From a virus (taxonomy: Duplodnaviria > Caudoviricetes), in the IMG/VR virus record IMGVR_UViG_3300021431_000086, positions 32,001-96,000 of that record: a DNA stretch of 64,000 nt, one strand, 5' to 3'. Shown piece after piece: positions 7,922 through 19,011 of the stretch. The notes below the pieces were generated by a model. It saw nothing but the letters and a program-made list of their open reading frames with translations. It was not told the DNA's origin and ran no database searches. The translations under genes and the position numbers were made by a program. How positions within the stretch are numbered: the stretch's first letter is position 1; every line of letters starts with the position of its first letter.

Positions 7922-10900
7922 ATGGCGACACGACACGAAATCACCAGTATTCAGTTTAAGGCCGATGCGGGCAAAGCCAATGCAGCCATCGACAGCATAC
8001 GTCAGAAAGCCAAGGAAGCCAACGACCAGATGACGCAACTGCGGCAGAAGTTGGAGGAGGGCAGAAAAGCCAACCTCCCCACCGAGGACTTGGCAAAGAT
8101 GGAAGCCCAACTGAAATCCGCCACTAAGGAGGCGAAGCAGTGGGGCGATGCCCAGCGCAACCTCATGCGAGGCGTGAAGGCGCTGGACGAAGCCATCATC
8201 CAGTTCAACCGTGGGCAGGGCTCGGTCGAGAAGATGTCGGCTGCACTCAGCAAGGCGGCACGCAATGCGGCGCAGTTACAGCAGAGCCGCATGGAGCGCG
8301 GGTCGCAGGGCTGGCAGGAGATGGAAGCACTCATCACGGCCTTGGATAAGAACCTGGTGAAGGCGCGGCAGGACTTCGACGGGCTGGTGCAGACCATCGA
8401 GCAGGGCGGACGTGTCAGTGTGTCGGAACTCTCGTCGGCCAAGCAGTCGCTGAAGGAACTCAGCGACCTCACGGCGTATGGCTCCGACGAGTGGAAGCAG
8501 TATCAGGCACAACTCAATACCGTCACAAAACGCTTCGACTCTCTCTCCCAGACCGAGAAGCGGCTGGCAGGGGAGATTGTCACCGTGGAGGATGCACGGA
8601 AGAGGGCGGCGGCGGCTGATGCAGACGAAGCACGATGGCGTGAGATATTGGCTGAGCGTTCCAAGCAACAGGCTACTGCCGACCGTGAACGCGCTGAGGG
8701 CGCACTGCAAATTGCTAAGACAAACACGGCATGGATCGAGCAGGATATTGCCAAGACGAAGGAGCAGTTGGCGGCACAGCAGCAGTTGGTCGGCTCTATC
8801 GAGGCGTTGGAGGATGCCGAGTCGCAAGCCATGAGCAAGACTATGGCGGCTGAGACGGCCCTGCAAAAGCAACGCGAGGAAACCAACAAGTTCTCCGATG
8901 CCACATGGGAGGCAGCTAAAAAGGTGGGAGAACTGGAGGCGAAGCTGAAAGAGTTGGAGGCGCAGCAACAATCCGTCTCTACCGACCAGCAGAAAGCCGA
9001 GGTTCAGCAGCAGCTCGCCGAGGCGCAGACAAAGCTCAACGAGGCAAAGATCGCCGCCGAAGGTCCTACCAAGGCACTGAAAGAGGCAGAAGAAGCATAC
9101 ACCGAAGCGCAGAAGAAGGAACAGGAAGCCACCGATGCATTGAACAAGGCGCGTGGGAACATGAATCTGGGCGAAGAGGAACAGAAACTCGAAGCCCTGG
9201 AGCGACAGCACGACGACCTGACGGAATCGCTACAAAAGCAGAAGCAGGCCGAGCAAGAACTGGCTGAGAACGCCGCCGACACACGACTGAAGGAACAGGA
9301 GGCTGTCATCGAACTGGCTCAGGCGCAGAACCAGAGCGAGGAGAGCCTGAAGAAGTCCGTAGAGGTGCTGGAGCAGCAGAACAAGACCTTGAAGGCCGGC
9401 TCAGCCGAATGGATGGAGAACGAACAAGCCATCGGCAAACTGAACAAGCGTATCGAGGAACTGAAACAGCAGTCGCAGGAGTTACGCGGTGAAGTGATGT
9501 CCCTCGCCGAAGCCGAGGAGTTGGCAGACAAGGCGATGGAGGAACAGGCGCTGACCACCAAGACGGGGTGGGCGGCGAGCACCGAGGAACTGAAACGTGC
9601 GGAGCAGACGCTGGCCGACAAGGTGGCGAAGGCAAAGCGCGGCACAGCAGAGGAGGAAGCGGCGTATCAGAAGTTGGTGCGCCAACTGCAAGCCGTGCGC
9701 ACGGAACTGGGTGCCGGCAGCATGAGTGGCAAGCAGATGATGGACGTGCTCAGCAACCCCAAGAACGTGACGAGCGTCGATACACTGAAGGCCGCCATCG
9801 GTCGTGCCCGTCAGGAACTCGATGCCCTCGGACGACGTATCGACCAGGCACGGATGGATGGACACACCAAGAAGGCGGAAGAACTCGCAGAGGCTTATGA
9901 TGACATTGCAGAGGGCGCGAAAAACGCCGACCAGCGCATGAAGGAACTGCAAGCCCAAAGTAAGGGCACTGCCTCTGCCTTCGACAAGGCGTGGAGCCGA
10001 CTGAAGACCTACGTGGGTCTGTACGTCGGTGCTGCCGTGGCGATGCAGAAACTTTCTCAGGCGATGGGCGACCTGATGACACTCTCGGACAAGATGGGTG
10101 AGGTGCGTAAGACCACGGGCTTCACCGCTGACGAGGTGGGACGGCTGAGTGGAAACCTGGCGAAGTTGGACACCAGAACTACGCTCACGCAACTCATGGA
10201 GCTGTCATCGCTGGCCGGTTCTGTCGGTCTGAAGACGCAGGAGCAGGTGCAGGGCTTCACCGAGGCTGCGGACCAACTGATTGTTGCTTTGCCCGAACTG
10301 GGTAACGAGAGCGCCCGCACGATTATCAAGATAGCAAATGCCACGGGCGACTTGGAGAAAAACGGTGGCGATGTGCGTGAGACGCTGGAGAAGGTGGGTT
10401 CTACCATCATCGCCCTGCGTGCCAACTCGGCTTCTGCTGCCGGACCTATCACCGACTTCGTGAGTCGCGTCGGTGCCGTGGGTGCCCAGGCGGGTATCAG
10501 CATTGACCAGATTGCTGCCCTCGGCAGTACGATTGATGCGCTGGGCGGTCGCGTGGAGATGTCGGCAACAGCACTCTCGCGTATGATTCCTGCCATCAAG
10601 AACAACTCCTTCGCCATCGCCAACAGCATCGGCGTGACGGAGAAGTACCTGAAGAGCCTGGCACCGATGGAGCAGATGGTGCTCATCTTCCAAAAGATGC
10701 GCGACAACATCCAGCACATCGACACCTCGACAGAGGAGGGCATGAACGCTATGGCCGACAACGTGGAAGCCATGCTGGGCAAGAACGCCACCATGCGCGA
10801 GGTGATGAAAGACCTCGAACAGCAGGGAGCCCGCGCCGGCATCGTCTTCGGTCTGCTCTCGCAGAACGTGGACGAACTGGAGAAGCAACTCGGCATCGCC

Positions 10901-13900
10901 TCGGAAGCCTACCGTGAGAACACGGCACTGGCGAATGAGTTCAACAACATGAACGAAACGACGGCTGCGAAGTGGGAGAGGTTGAAGAACCAGGTGGAGG
11001 AAATGTTTGTAGGGGACCAAGCACAGAGGTTTTTAGGGACTATCATAGATGGATTGCGTACCATCATCGACCTGCTGACGGGACCCATGAAGTCCACCAT
11101 CATTTGGTTTACTCTTACTTTCGGTACGCTAAAGATAGGTTTGGGTCAGGCACTGGCTTCAATCCCCGTTGCGCTGAACAAGGCACGCGCATCGGCAACG
11201 GGTTTCTTCACGCCCGTGCTGACAGGACTGAAAGCGCTGCTCTTCCATCTCGGTCTGACCAACAGAGCCCTCGCCGCAGGTGCCTTGGAGTGGCGCAAGA
11301 TGGATGCCGCCATGAAGCAGAATGTGATGGGGTTGGCAGCCACAGCTATCGCCGTCATCGTATATAAGCTGGTGGAATGGAAGAAAGCCATCATAGACGT
11401 GCAAAAGGAACTGGGCAAATGGGCTGCGGAAATCGTGCGGTCGGAGAAAGCGGTGAACGACCAGTTCAAAGCCGTGGATCAGGCATCGGCCTCCATCGAC
11501 GAAGCCAAGAAGAAAGTGGAGGCAGCACGCGCCGCACTGGAGAAGGCCCGCAAGGAAATGAACGGCTCGAAGGAGAGCGCCGAACGGCTGAAGAAGGCCG
11601 AGGACGACTTGAAGATGGCCGAAGACGAGCTGCGCAGCGCCAACGACAAGCACACCAACAGCATACGCGCCATCAACAAGATGTATGGCGAGTATCTGGG
11701 ATTCATGCTCAGCGAGATTTCATCGGCCCAGGAACTGGCCAATGCGCGAGAACTCATCAATGCCAAGATACGTGAGACTATCACACTGAAACGCAGGGAA
11801 GCCGCCATCAGTCGTGTGGAGGAGGAAGGGGGTGCCGGTCGCGACGAAGCCTACGGCGCACTCAGTCAAGCCCTACGCGGTGCCAAGCGCACGAAGAGCA
11901 CCATCAACGGCAGAGAGGTGTGGACGAACGACGAAACGGCGGGCGCCGAACTACTGAAACAAATCACTGAGCTGGCACAGGCCGAGAAGATGACTGCCGA
12001 CCAGGTGGAGAAAGCACTGGCTAATGCCGGTCTGAATATCTTGGAAAAAGGTTACAACGGCAAGCAGCGCATCAACGCCTACGGAGCCAACCTGCTCAAA
12101 CTTGTGATGAACTACCGCAAGGAGTACATGAACGTGGAGCAACAGGTGAAGGACGTGGAATCGCAGTTCAATGCACAGCTGTCCGTTGACCGCAAGGAAT
12201 CGCAGAAGGAGTTGGGAGAGCAGTACGACGAAAGCGTCAAAACCTACCGCAAGCTGGAGAGTGGCTACGTCAAGGCAACAGGCGAAGCGCGAAAGAAGGC
12301 CGCTGCCGACCTGCTGAAACAAGCCGACACGCTGGAAGGCATGATTGCCGCCGCACCCACCTACTACGACCTGCGGAACGAGGACGAAAAGAAGGCTTAC
12401 GAGCAGTTTGTCAAAGACTCACGACGGCGCATCAACGGCATCAACAAACAGCGTGACGCCTTGCTCAAAGAGGCTGGCAATCTCTACACACCACAGGCAG
12501 GAGGCAACGGCTCCGGCGGAAACGGCGGTGGCGGTGGCACCAACCCCTACGGCTCCTACAACCGCGTGACCTCTCCCTATCAGGACTGGGATGCCGATGC
12601 CCTCGTCTCGCGCCGCAAGGAGATGCTGGAGCGTGTGCGGGCGTTGGCGAATGGTGCCGACGTGCAGGCGGTACTCTCCGAGGATGCCAAATTCATCACC
12701 GAAGCCACACGCAACAACATCAAGACGACGCGGGATGCGATTGAGTGGTACAACACCGAGCGTCTGAAAATACAGGATGCGCTGCATGAGAAACACCTCA
12801 CGAACACCGGCGACTGGATGGACCCGACGGGTCGCAAGAAGCGCGAGAAGACCATCAAGGACGAGTGGAGTGCGTACCTGAACGAACTGGATGCCTACTA
12901 CACGGAGCGCAAGACGCGCATTCAGGAGGCAGCCACGGAGGAGGGTATCACGGAGGCCGAGATGAAGAACCGCACGCTGGCCAACGAAATGGAATGGCAC
13001 CAGCGCAGGGCGGAGTTGCAGAAACTCTATGCACGGAAGAGCGGCGAGGTGACGGAAGAGGAACAGCAAGCCATCTTCGACATTCTCAGCGAACGCACGG
13101 GCGACACCGCCGACTTCATACAGAAGACCATCGGCAAGACGGTGAAGTTCATCTACGACATCGGCAAGCACAGCGAGGCAGAGATGCGCAGCATCTTCGG
13201 CAAACTGGACAAAGGCATCGAGCGCGACTACCTGAAGCAGCAGCAGGCCGTGACCACGCAGATGAAGGCTATCCGCGACATCATCGAGAAGGAACGGCCC
13301 TACGACGGTATCACGCGCAACCTGCGCGAGAACCTGGTGACGATGGGCATACTGACGGCCGACATGACCGCCGAACGCAACCGCCTGATGCGCGAGAACG
13401 CCGACATGAGCGACTTCAACAGCCGACAGGCTGCCGAGGAACTGAAGCGCACGGCCTTCATGCTGGGCGAGGCAGAGCACGCCTACTCAACGACCATCGA
13501 GGAGGTGATGCGCCACATGGGCGAGCAAGGCATGCAGGCCTGGGCCGACGCCATCCGTGGGGACACCCAGATGCAGCAGGCACTCATGGCGCAACTGCGC
13601 ACGGCCTACGACGAGATACAGAACGCCATCAAGAAGGAGGCGTCGCTCATCAAGAAGCAGACCGACATCTGGTGGGCCGACATCGCAGAGGGACAGACGC
13701 AGAGCCGACGCGACGGCTTCGAGAAGGCACTGAGCCGACTGGGACTGGCCGAGGACCAGGTTAAGCGGGCCAACAGTCTGATAGGTGCTGGACAGGCCAG
13801 CGAGCGCGTGGCCGATCGGCTTGCCATCAAGCAGATGCAGGTGCGGCTGGCCATGCAGATGACCTACTACAACCGTATGCGCCAGATTGGCGAGGAGCGC

Positions 13901-15649
13901 ATAGCGCAACTGAAAGCCGAAGGCCGGTTGGAGGATGCCGAGCACCTGCGCCGCTCGCTGAACCTGGCCAAGACGGAGGAACTGAAGAAGCTGGAAGAGC
14001 AGCGCGTGGCCATCGCCAACCAGATGGAGGAGTCGCAGAACCGCCTCTACACAGCGCTGCGCGAATGGGCTGGTCTGCTTACCTCTTCCCTGCAAAGCGT
14101 CTTCGAGGCGAGCCATGCGGGGGATGCGGAGTACTATAATGAACTGGCAAAACTGAACTTAACGGGCAAAGGCGGACCAGGTGCCGGCACGTATGTAATC
14201 ATAGACAATGCCGGAACCAGCAAGGCTACGGCTCATTATGAGTATCTTGATGAATTTGAGGCCCTGGAACGACAGCGTGAGATAGAACGCCATAATGCAC
14301 AGGCAGAAGCCTGGAAAAAGGTGATGGACGACATCAACATGAGGATGAGCGAAACCATCACGGATCAGTTGAATGCCATGCTGCAGAACGCGAGCGTGGA
14401 TGCGAATACGGATGCCACGCTGGCAAACACGCGGGCGATACTGGGCCTCACAGAAAAGATTGGAGGTCAAGCCAAAGGCGGCGAAGGTATAGACACCTCG
14501 TCAGGAACCGGCATGGGGCTGGAATCTGGAGGCGTAACAGGCAGTGGAGGTGAGCGCACGGGCGACATTGGACTTCCTCCCTCTGTATCTGATGCCGACC
14601 CCGCATCCTTCGAGCGTTACGTGCAGTGGGTGCAAACCTATAACGGAGGGCAGGAAAAGATGCGCCAGAAGACCGAGGATACGAATCAGAAAATCACCGC
14701 CAGCACACAGTCTGCATTCGCCAAGATGACACAGGCCGCCAACCTCTACGGCATTGCTTACCAAGCCATGAGTAACGACAATCTGAGTGCTGCACAGAAG
14801 TTCGGTATGATTGCCGTGCAGACCGCAGGACAGGCCGCAATTACATCGCTGACGGTTAGTTTGTCGCAGCAACAAGGTCAAGCGGCGGCAGACCTGCCTG
14901 GCGTATTGGGCAAAATTTATAAGGAGTTGGGACCCATTGGCGGCTCGATAGTATTCGCAGCCTTTACCGGTTTGCTTGGAGGGCTGATGGGCCTGGCTGC
15001 ATCCAAGATAGCCAAGTCGAAAAGTCAGATTGCGCAGGCCACCGGTGCAAGTGGGGCTAACGCTGGCAGACTCACTACCGGCATGCTTACCTACGCCGAG
15101 GGCAACGTCAACGAATTTACGGACCCGGCTTCCTTACAGGTTGGCCGGCAGTACAACGTGGATGCTGCCGACGGAAAGACCTACCGCGCCCGCTACATGG
15201 GGCGCAACCCACGGACCCACCTCACCAACGGTCCTGAGTTTCACCTTGCAGGGGAGGCAGGCCGTGAGATGATTATCGACGCCGGCACCACCCGCCAAAT
15301 CACGATGAACGAGGCCGAGATATGGCACGTCATACAGACCCTGAGCGGCGGCGGACGCATCGCCGCCACACGTCGCAGGGGTAGGGGAGTGAGAGCCTTT
15401 GCAGATGGCAACCTCGATGAAATCATGGAGGACTATGGGGCTAATGGGGCTAATGAGACCTATGGGTCGGGCATGAGTGCCGAGCAGATGGCAGCCTTGC
15501 AGACAAGTATCGACCGACAGAGCGACCTCCTGCAACGCGCCCTCGACGAGGGCATCCGTGGCGTCTTCAACGTCTATGGCAAGGACGGACTGGTGGACAG
15601 CTATGACAGAGGAAAGAAAACCCTGAACAGGTATGGGGAAAGATACTAA
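7922..15649 (+). CDS. tail tape measure protein
   Basis: 2575 aa, Ala/Glu/Lys helical; core 'LSDKMGEVRKTTG...LAKLDTRT...FVSRVGAVGAQAGISIDQIAALGSTID'; C-terminal YAEG...LAGEAGREMII. Confidence 0.92.
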   Translation: MATRHEITSIQFKADAGKANAAIDSIRQKAKEANDQMTQLRQKLEEGRKANLPTEDLAKMEAQLKSATKEAKQWGDAQRNLMRGVKALDEAIIQFNRGQGSVEKMSAALSKAARNAAQLQQSRMERGSQGWQEMEALITALDKNLVKARQDFDGLVQTIEQGGRVSVSELSSAKQSLKELSDLTAYGSDEWKQYQAQLNTVTKRFDSLSQTEKRLAGEIVTVEDARKRAAAADADEARWREILAERSKQQATADRERAEGALQIAKTNTAWIEQDIAKTKEQLAAQQQLVGSIEALEDAESQAMSKTMAAETALQKQREETNKFSDATWEAAKKVGELEAKLKELEAQQQSVSTDQQKAEVQQQLAEAQTKLNEAKIAAEGPTKALKEAEEAYTEAQKKEQEATDALNKARGNMNLGEEEQKLEALERQHDDLTESLQKQKQAEQELAENAADTRLKEQEAVIELAQAQNQSEESLKKSVEVLEQQNKTLKAGSAEWMENEQAIGKLNKRIEELKQQSQELRGEVMSLAEAEELADKAMEEQALTTKTGWAASTEELKRAEQTLADKVAKAKRGTAEEEAAYQKLVRQLQAVRTELGAGSMSGKQMMDVLSNPKNVTSVDTLKAAIGRARQELDALGRRIDQARMDGHTKKAEELAEAYDDIAEGAKNADQRMKELQAQSKGTASAFDKAWSRLKTYVGLYVGAAVAMQKLSQAMGDLMTLSDKMGEVRKTTGFTADEVGRLSGNLAKLDTRTTLTQLMELSSLAGSVGLKTQEQVQGFTEAADQLIVALPELGNESARTIIKIANATGDLEKNGGDVRETLEKVGSTIIALRANSASAAGPITDFVSRVGAVGAQAGISIDQIAALGSTIDALGGRVEMSATALSRMIPAIKNNSFAIANSIGVTEKYLKSLAPMEQMVLIFQKMRDNIQHIDTSTEEGMNAMADNVEAMLGKNATMREVMKDLEQQGARAGIVFGLLSQNVDELEKQLGIASEAYRENTALANEFNNMNETTAAKWERLKNQVEEMFVGDQAQRFLGTIIDGLRTIIDLLTGPMKSTIIWFTLTFGTLKIGLGQALASIPVALNKARASATGFFTPVLTGLKALLFHLGLTNRALAAGALEWRKMDAAMKQNVMGLAATAIAVIVYKLVEWKKAIIDVQKELGKWAAEIVRSEKAVNDQFKAVDQASASIDEAKKKVEAARAALEKARKEMNGSKESAERLKKAEDDLKMAEDELRSANDKHTNSIRAINKMYGEYLGFMLSEISSAQELANARELINAKIRETITLKRREAAISRVEEEGGAGRDEAYGALSQALRGAKRTKSTINGREVWTNDETAGAELLKQITELAQAEKMTADQVEKALANAGLNILEKGYNGKQRINAYGANLLKLVMNYRKEYMNVEQQVKDVESQFNAQLSVDRKESQKELGEQYDESVKTYRKLESGYVKATGEARKKAAADLLKQADTLEGMIAAAPTYYDLRNEDEKKAYEQFVKDSRRRINGINKQRDALLKEAGNLYTPQAGGNGSGGNGGGGGTNPYGSYNRVTSPYQDWDADALVSRRKEMLERVRALANGADVQAVLSEDAKFITEATRNNIKTTRDAIEWYNTERLKIQDALHEKHLTNTGDWMDPTGRKKREKTIKDEWSAYLNELDAYYTERKTRIQEAATEEGITEAEMKNRTLANEMEWHQRRAELQKLYARKSGEVTEEEQQAIFDILSERTGDTADFIQKTIGKTVKFIYDIGKHSEAEMRSIFGKLDKGIERDYLKQQQAVTTQMKAIRDIIEKERPYDGITRNLRENLVTMGILTADMTAERNRLMRENADMSDFNSRQAAEELKRTAFMLGEAEHAYSTTIEEVMRHMGEQGMQAWADAIRGDTQMQQALMAQLRTAYDEIQNAIKKEASLIKKQTDIWWADIAEGQTQSRRDGFEKALSRLGLAEDQVKRANSLIGAGQASERVADRLAIKQMQVRLAMQMTYYNRMRQIGEERIAQLKAEGRLEDAEHLRRSLNLAKTEELKKLEEQRVAIANQMEESQNRLYTALREWAGLLTSSLQSVFEASHAGDAEYYNELAKLNLTGKGGPGAGTYVIIDNAGTSKATAHYEYLDEFEALERQREIERHNAQAEAWKKVMDDINMRMSETITDQLNAMLQNASVDANTDATLANTRAILGLTEKIGGQAKGGEGIDTSSGTGMGLESGGVTGSGGERTGDIGLPPSVSDADPASFERYVQWVQTYNGGQEKMRQKTEDTNQKITASTQSAFAKMTQAANLYGIAYQAMSNDNLSAAQKFGMIAVQTAGQAAITSLTVSLSQQQGQAAADLPGVLGKIYKELGPIGGSIVFAAFTGLLGGLMGLAASKIAKSKSQIAQATGASGANAGRLTTGMLTYAEGNVNEFTDPASLQVGRQYNVDAADGKTYRARYMGRNPRTHLTNGPEFHLAGEAGREMIIDAGTTRQITMNEAEIWHVIQTLSGGGRIAATRRRGRGVRAFADGNLDEIMEDYGANGANETYGSGMSAEQMAALQTSIDRQSDLLQRALDEGIRGVFNVYGKDGLVDSYDRGKKTLNRYGERY

Positions 15650-15690
15650 CCCATTTACGATTTGACGATTTACAATTTACATTTTTTGAG

Positions 15691-15720
15691 AAGGGCTGCG
15701 CATTGCGTGGCCTTTTTCTT
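15691..15720 (+). terminator. intrinsic terminator after the tape measure gene
   Basis: GGCTGCG..CGTGGCC hairpin followed by TTTTTCTTT. Confidence 0.6.
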
Positions 15721-15757
15721 TGCCCTTGACCGCGAGGCCCGGAATACCGATATTGCA
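15720..15757 (+). promoter_or_regulatory. late-promoter-like motif copy 3
   Basis: TTGCCCTTGA-N19-GATATTGCA, ends 17 nt before ATG 15775. Confidence 0.75.
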
Positions 15758-15774
15758 GACAAAACATAACGACT

Positions 15775-17040
15775 ATGCTGATTACCACACAAAACGAGAT
15801 TATCAGTCTGATGCCAACGGCACGGTGGGACAGGCCGCAACAACTCTTCGGGTATATCGAGGAGGAAGAGGCGGTGGCGTTGGTGCCGCTGTTAGGCGAC
15901 GGGTTGTACCAGCACTTGCTCACGGAGTACGACAGGCTTCGCAGTAAATATACGGACATTACGGCCACGACCGTGCGGCCCACGGGCAAAGCGAGACAAG
16001 ACCCTCAGTTGGCTCATGCCGATGTGACGGAACGCTTAGAGCAAATTCAGCAGGGCCGCTACCGAGAGACGTATGAGGGTGCTGCCGAGGGCGAACAGAA
16101 GGTGTCCGACGAGGATATGCTGACAATACGGCTTATCCGCATCTGCCAGCAGATTGAGTTTTACAAGATGCTCTCGCACAAGGCAGGAATGCTGACAGTG
16201 AACTTCAACGAGGGCGGCGGCATGAACATGGTTTCCGCCGACGGCTACGAGTCTGCCGACGAGAAGAGGATGGAGAGAGTGGTAAAGGATGCCTACATGA
16301 GTGCCGGACGGGCGGTCGATTCGCTGCTGCTGTTTCTGGAAGCGGACGCGAAGGGGACAAAGCAGTTCACGGAACTGTGGAGCGAGGCGGATGCTTTCTA
16401 CCTGCACAAGGGCTTGCTCTTCCAGACGGCACGGGTGCTGAACGAATACTTAGACATTAAAGGGGAGCGGATGGCGTATGTGCAGTTGGTGAGGGATATT
16501 CGCTTCTGTCAGGACACGTACTTGAAGCCGAGGGTGGGAGCAAAACTGCTGAAGGCGGTGGTGGAGTGGGCGAATCTCGGCGGCGAAACCGCCGAGCAAA
16601 GTGGCAGCGGCGATGGTTCGGTGCTCAGCGATTCCGTCGCTGAGGAGTTGCTGAGTCTCTTGCGCACAGCCCTGGCTTTCTATGTGGAGAGCCGACGGAC
16701 GACTATTACGCAGACAGCCCTGCTTACAGGTTCCGGGACATACGCTACCGCCAGTTCGCAGAAGGATATGAAACTGGCCCGGCGCGACAGCATGACGGAC
16801 GCGCAGCAGGCGATGGCGATGGCGTGTCAGTTCATCGAGGAGAACCTGGACGCGCTGGGCGAGGCAGCCGTGGGTACACCTATATATAATAACGTGCGTG
16901 CGCGTGAAGAACAGGAGGCGAAGGACAAGGCTTGTGCCTGTGCAGCAGAAGCACGGAGACGGAAAGAGGCGTGCAGGCAACGGAATAGGAAACTGTTCAC
17001 GGCTTTTCCGATGACGCACCGAACCACGGAGCACAATTAG
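15775..17040 (+). CDS. DUF6712-like virion morphogenesis protein (head-tail adaptor-like)
   Basis: MLITT..EI...EEEE...LVPLLGD.LY, 'AVDSLLLFLE', and a second repeat 'QDTYLKPRVG..L'; pattern recalled for DUF6712. Confidence 0.6.
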   Translation: MLITTQNEIISLMPTARWDRPQQLFGYIEEEEAVALVPLLGDGLYQHLLTEYDRLRSKYTDITATTVRPTGKARQDPQLAHADVTERLEQIQQGRYRETYEGAAEGEQKVSDEDMLTIRLIRICQQIEFYKMLSHKAGMLTVNFNEGGGMNMVSADGYESADEKRMERVVKDAYMSAGRAVDSLLLFLEADAKGTKQFTELWSEADAFYLHKGLLFQTARVLNEYLDIKGERMAYVQLVRDIRFCQDTYLKPRVGAKLLKAVVEWANLGGETAEQSGSGDGSVLSDSVAEELLSLLRTALAFYVESRRTTITQTALLTGSGTYATASSQKDMKLARRDSMTDAQQAMAMACQFIEENLDALGEAAVGTPIYNNVRAREEQEAKDKACACAAEARRRKEACRQRNRKLFTAFPMTHRTTEHN

Positions 17041-17105
17041 TTTTAACCACGAATTGCACGAATATAAGAAACTCAGATTTTTCACTCTTCACTTGCGAAG
17101 CACGT

Positions 17106-17143
17106 TTGCCCTTGACCCACGGCGCAACGGATTATAAATTGCG
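17106..17143 (+). promoter_or_regulatory. late-promoter-like motif copy 4
   Basis: TTGCCCTTGA-N19-TAAATTGCG, ends 28 nt before ATG 17172. Confidence 0.75.
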
Positions 17144-17171
17144 GAAAAACAACACAAACACTGACAAGAAT

Positions 17172-18956
17172 ATGATTTCAAGAACGTATTTCACCGAAAC
17201 CTTCTACGACCTGGAGGTAGGCATCGCGCAGCGATTTGCCGAAGCCATCCGTGCCGCGTGGCTGACGGGCAAGGACTTCGAGGGAGAGAAGAAGCAAGGT
17301 TTCTTCCTCTCGCTGAAGGGGAGCAAGTCGGCTAAGGGAGGGTTTCAGGATAAACTCTATGTGGGCAATATCCACAGGATTGAGAATCATCTGTACTGGC
17401 GCGACGAGGAACTGGCTGACGACGACGAAATTGTGAACGTGGTGGCCATCGACGGACCGGTGACGCGCGACGGCGACGGATGCTCGTATGGCTCGAAAGA
17501 CCATCGCGACCAGATTATGTATGCCAACACCATTCCGCAGGTGAAGGGACACATCTTCATCATCAACACGCCGGGCGGTGCTGCTTCGGCCCGCATCGAC
17601 TACGAACAGGCAATTGCCGACTGCCGCGAGAAGGGGAAACCGACTGTGGCGTGGGTGGATGGCATATGTTGTTCGGCGGGTCAGTTGGTGGCTGCGCTGT
17701 GCGACCGAACTATCGTGATGAACGGGCGCAACACGATGGGATGTATTGGCACAATGTGCGCCTTCTGGGGCGTGCCGCACAACACAGTGGATCAGGACGG
17801 CTACCGCTACATCGAACTGGTGAGCGTGACCTCGCCCGACAAGAATGCAGAATACCGCGAGGCGGTAGATGGCAAGACGGAGAAACTGCAAGCCGAACTG
17901 GACAGGCTGGGCGAGGAGTTCCGCGAAACGGTGCGCCAGAACCGGCCGCTTGTGAAGGAGGAACACCTGACGGGCAAGACCTTCGATGCCGACGAGGTGA
18001 TGGGTGCGCTGGTGGATGAAGTGGGCGACTACAACCGCGCCATCCAAGCCGTGTTCGACCTGGCGGGCGGAAGCCTGAAGACAGCCAGAGAAGCAACCGT
18101 CATTGACGAACCTACAGAAGGCGGAGAGCCCGAAGAGCAGCAAGACATGGCGACGCTGAGTGAACAGCAGAAAGGAGCCGTCGCTGCCAATGCCGGAGCC
18201 ACGGTCATTGTCGATAAAGGACACGTGAAGAAAAGCGTGGACTCCATATTTGGTCCGGAAACAGTTGAAATCGGAAACACCACCCCAAACAATACCGCTA
18301 TGACAGAACAAGAGAAGAAGGCCGCTGAGGTTGCCGAGCAGCCAGCAGCCCAGCAGGAGGAACAGGCTCCTGCAACGGAACAGCCTGCCGAGGAAGCACC
18401 CGTGACTGAAGCACCCGCTGTCGAAGAGAAACCCGCTGAGGAGGAAACTCCGGTGCAGGGGGAAGCCCCCGCACAGGAGGAATCCGCAGGACAGGCGGAA
18501 GCACTGGCCGCTGCCGAAGCACTCATTGCCGAGCGCGACAAGGAGATTGCCACGCTGAAGGAAAACCTCGCCACACTGGAAGGCATCAAGGACGAGCGCG
18601 ACCAGGCCAACGCCACCATCGCTGAGCGTGAGGCCACCATCGAGACCGTCAACGCTGCCATCGAGGAAGGCAAGGCCACCATCGCGGAGCGCGACAAGAC
18701 GATTGCCGAGCACGTCGCCACCATCGCCGCCAAGGACGCAGCCCTCGCCGAGAAGGATTCGCTCATCGAGAAACTGACAAAGCAGGCAGCCGAACTGAAG
18801 GCCGAGGTGAAGGAACTCAGTGAGAAACCCGCTCCGATGGTCAATGCACAGGCCGGCGTTCCTGCAGACAACGGCACGGGCGAAGCTCCGAAGCAGAAGC
18901 AGCGCATCAAGAGCGGCATGACCTACAAGGAAATCCGCGCTATGCAGAAGAAATAG
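17172..18956 (+). CDS. S49-family prohead protease with C-terminal coiled-coil scaffold-like region
   Basis: IDGPVTR, INTPGG, KPTVAWVDG.CCSAG..VAALCD, GCIG are S49/SppA motifs; acidic linker and heptad repeats follow; lies upstream of the capsid gene. Confidence 0.85.
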   Translation: MISRTYFTETFYDLEVGIAQRFAEAIRAAWLTGKDFEGEKKQGFFLSLKGSKSAKGGFQDKLYVGNIHRIENHLYWRDEELADDDEIVNVVAIDGPVTRDGDGCSYGSKDHRDQIMYANTIPQVKGHIFIINTPGGAASARIDYEQAIADCREKGKPTVAWVDGICCSAGQLVAALCDRTIVMNGRNTMGCIGTMCAFWGVPHNTVDQDGYRYIELVSVTSPDKNAEYREAVDGKTEKLQAELDRLGEEFRETVRQNRPLVKEEHLTGKTFDADEVMGALVDEVGDYNRAIQAVFDLAGGSLKTAREATVIDEPTEGGEPEEQQDMATLSEQQKGAVAANAGATVIVDKGHVKKSVDSIFGPETVEIGNTTPNNTAMTEQEKKAAEVAEQPAAQQEEQAPATEQPAEEAPVTEAPAVEEKPAEEETPVQGEAPAQEESAGQAEALAAAEALIAERDKEIATLKENLATLEGIKDERDQANATIAEREATIETVNAAIEEGKATIAERDKTIAEHVATIAAKDAALAEKDSLIEKLTKQAAELKAEVKELSEKPAPMVNAQAGVPADNGTGEAPKQKQRIKSGMTYKEIRAMQKK

Positions 18957-18960
18957 CAGG

Positions 18961-18995
18961 CTCTCCCCCGGCCCCTCCCGTAAAGGGCGGGGGAG
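18961..18995. repeat. REP-like GC palindrome
   Basis: CTCTCCCCCGGCCCCTCCCGTAAAGGGCGGGGGAG hairpin just after the protease stop. Confidence 0.45.
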
Positions 18996-19011
18996 TAGTT
19001 GCCTCTGCTAC

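Noticed and set aside
8002-18919. Long antisense and alternate-frame ORFs over the tape measure and protease genes (e.g. 12419-13480, 17178-18713)
   Set aside because: These are shadow ORFs expected from GC-rich biased codon usage; they show no motifs or start contexts.
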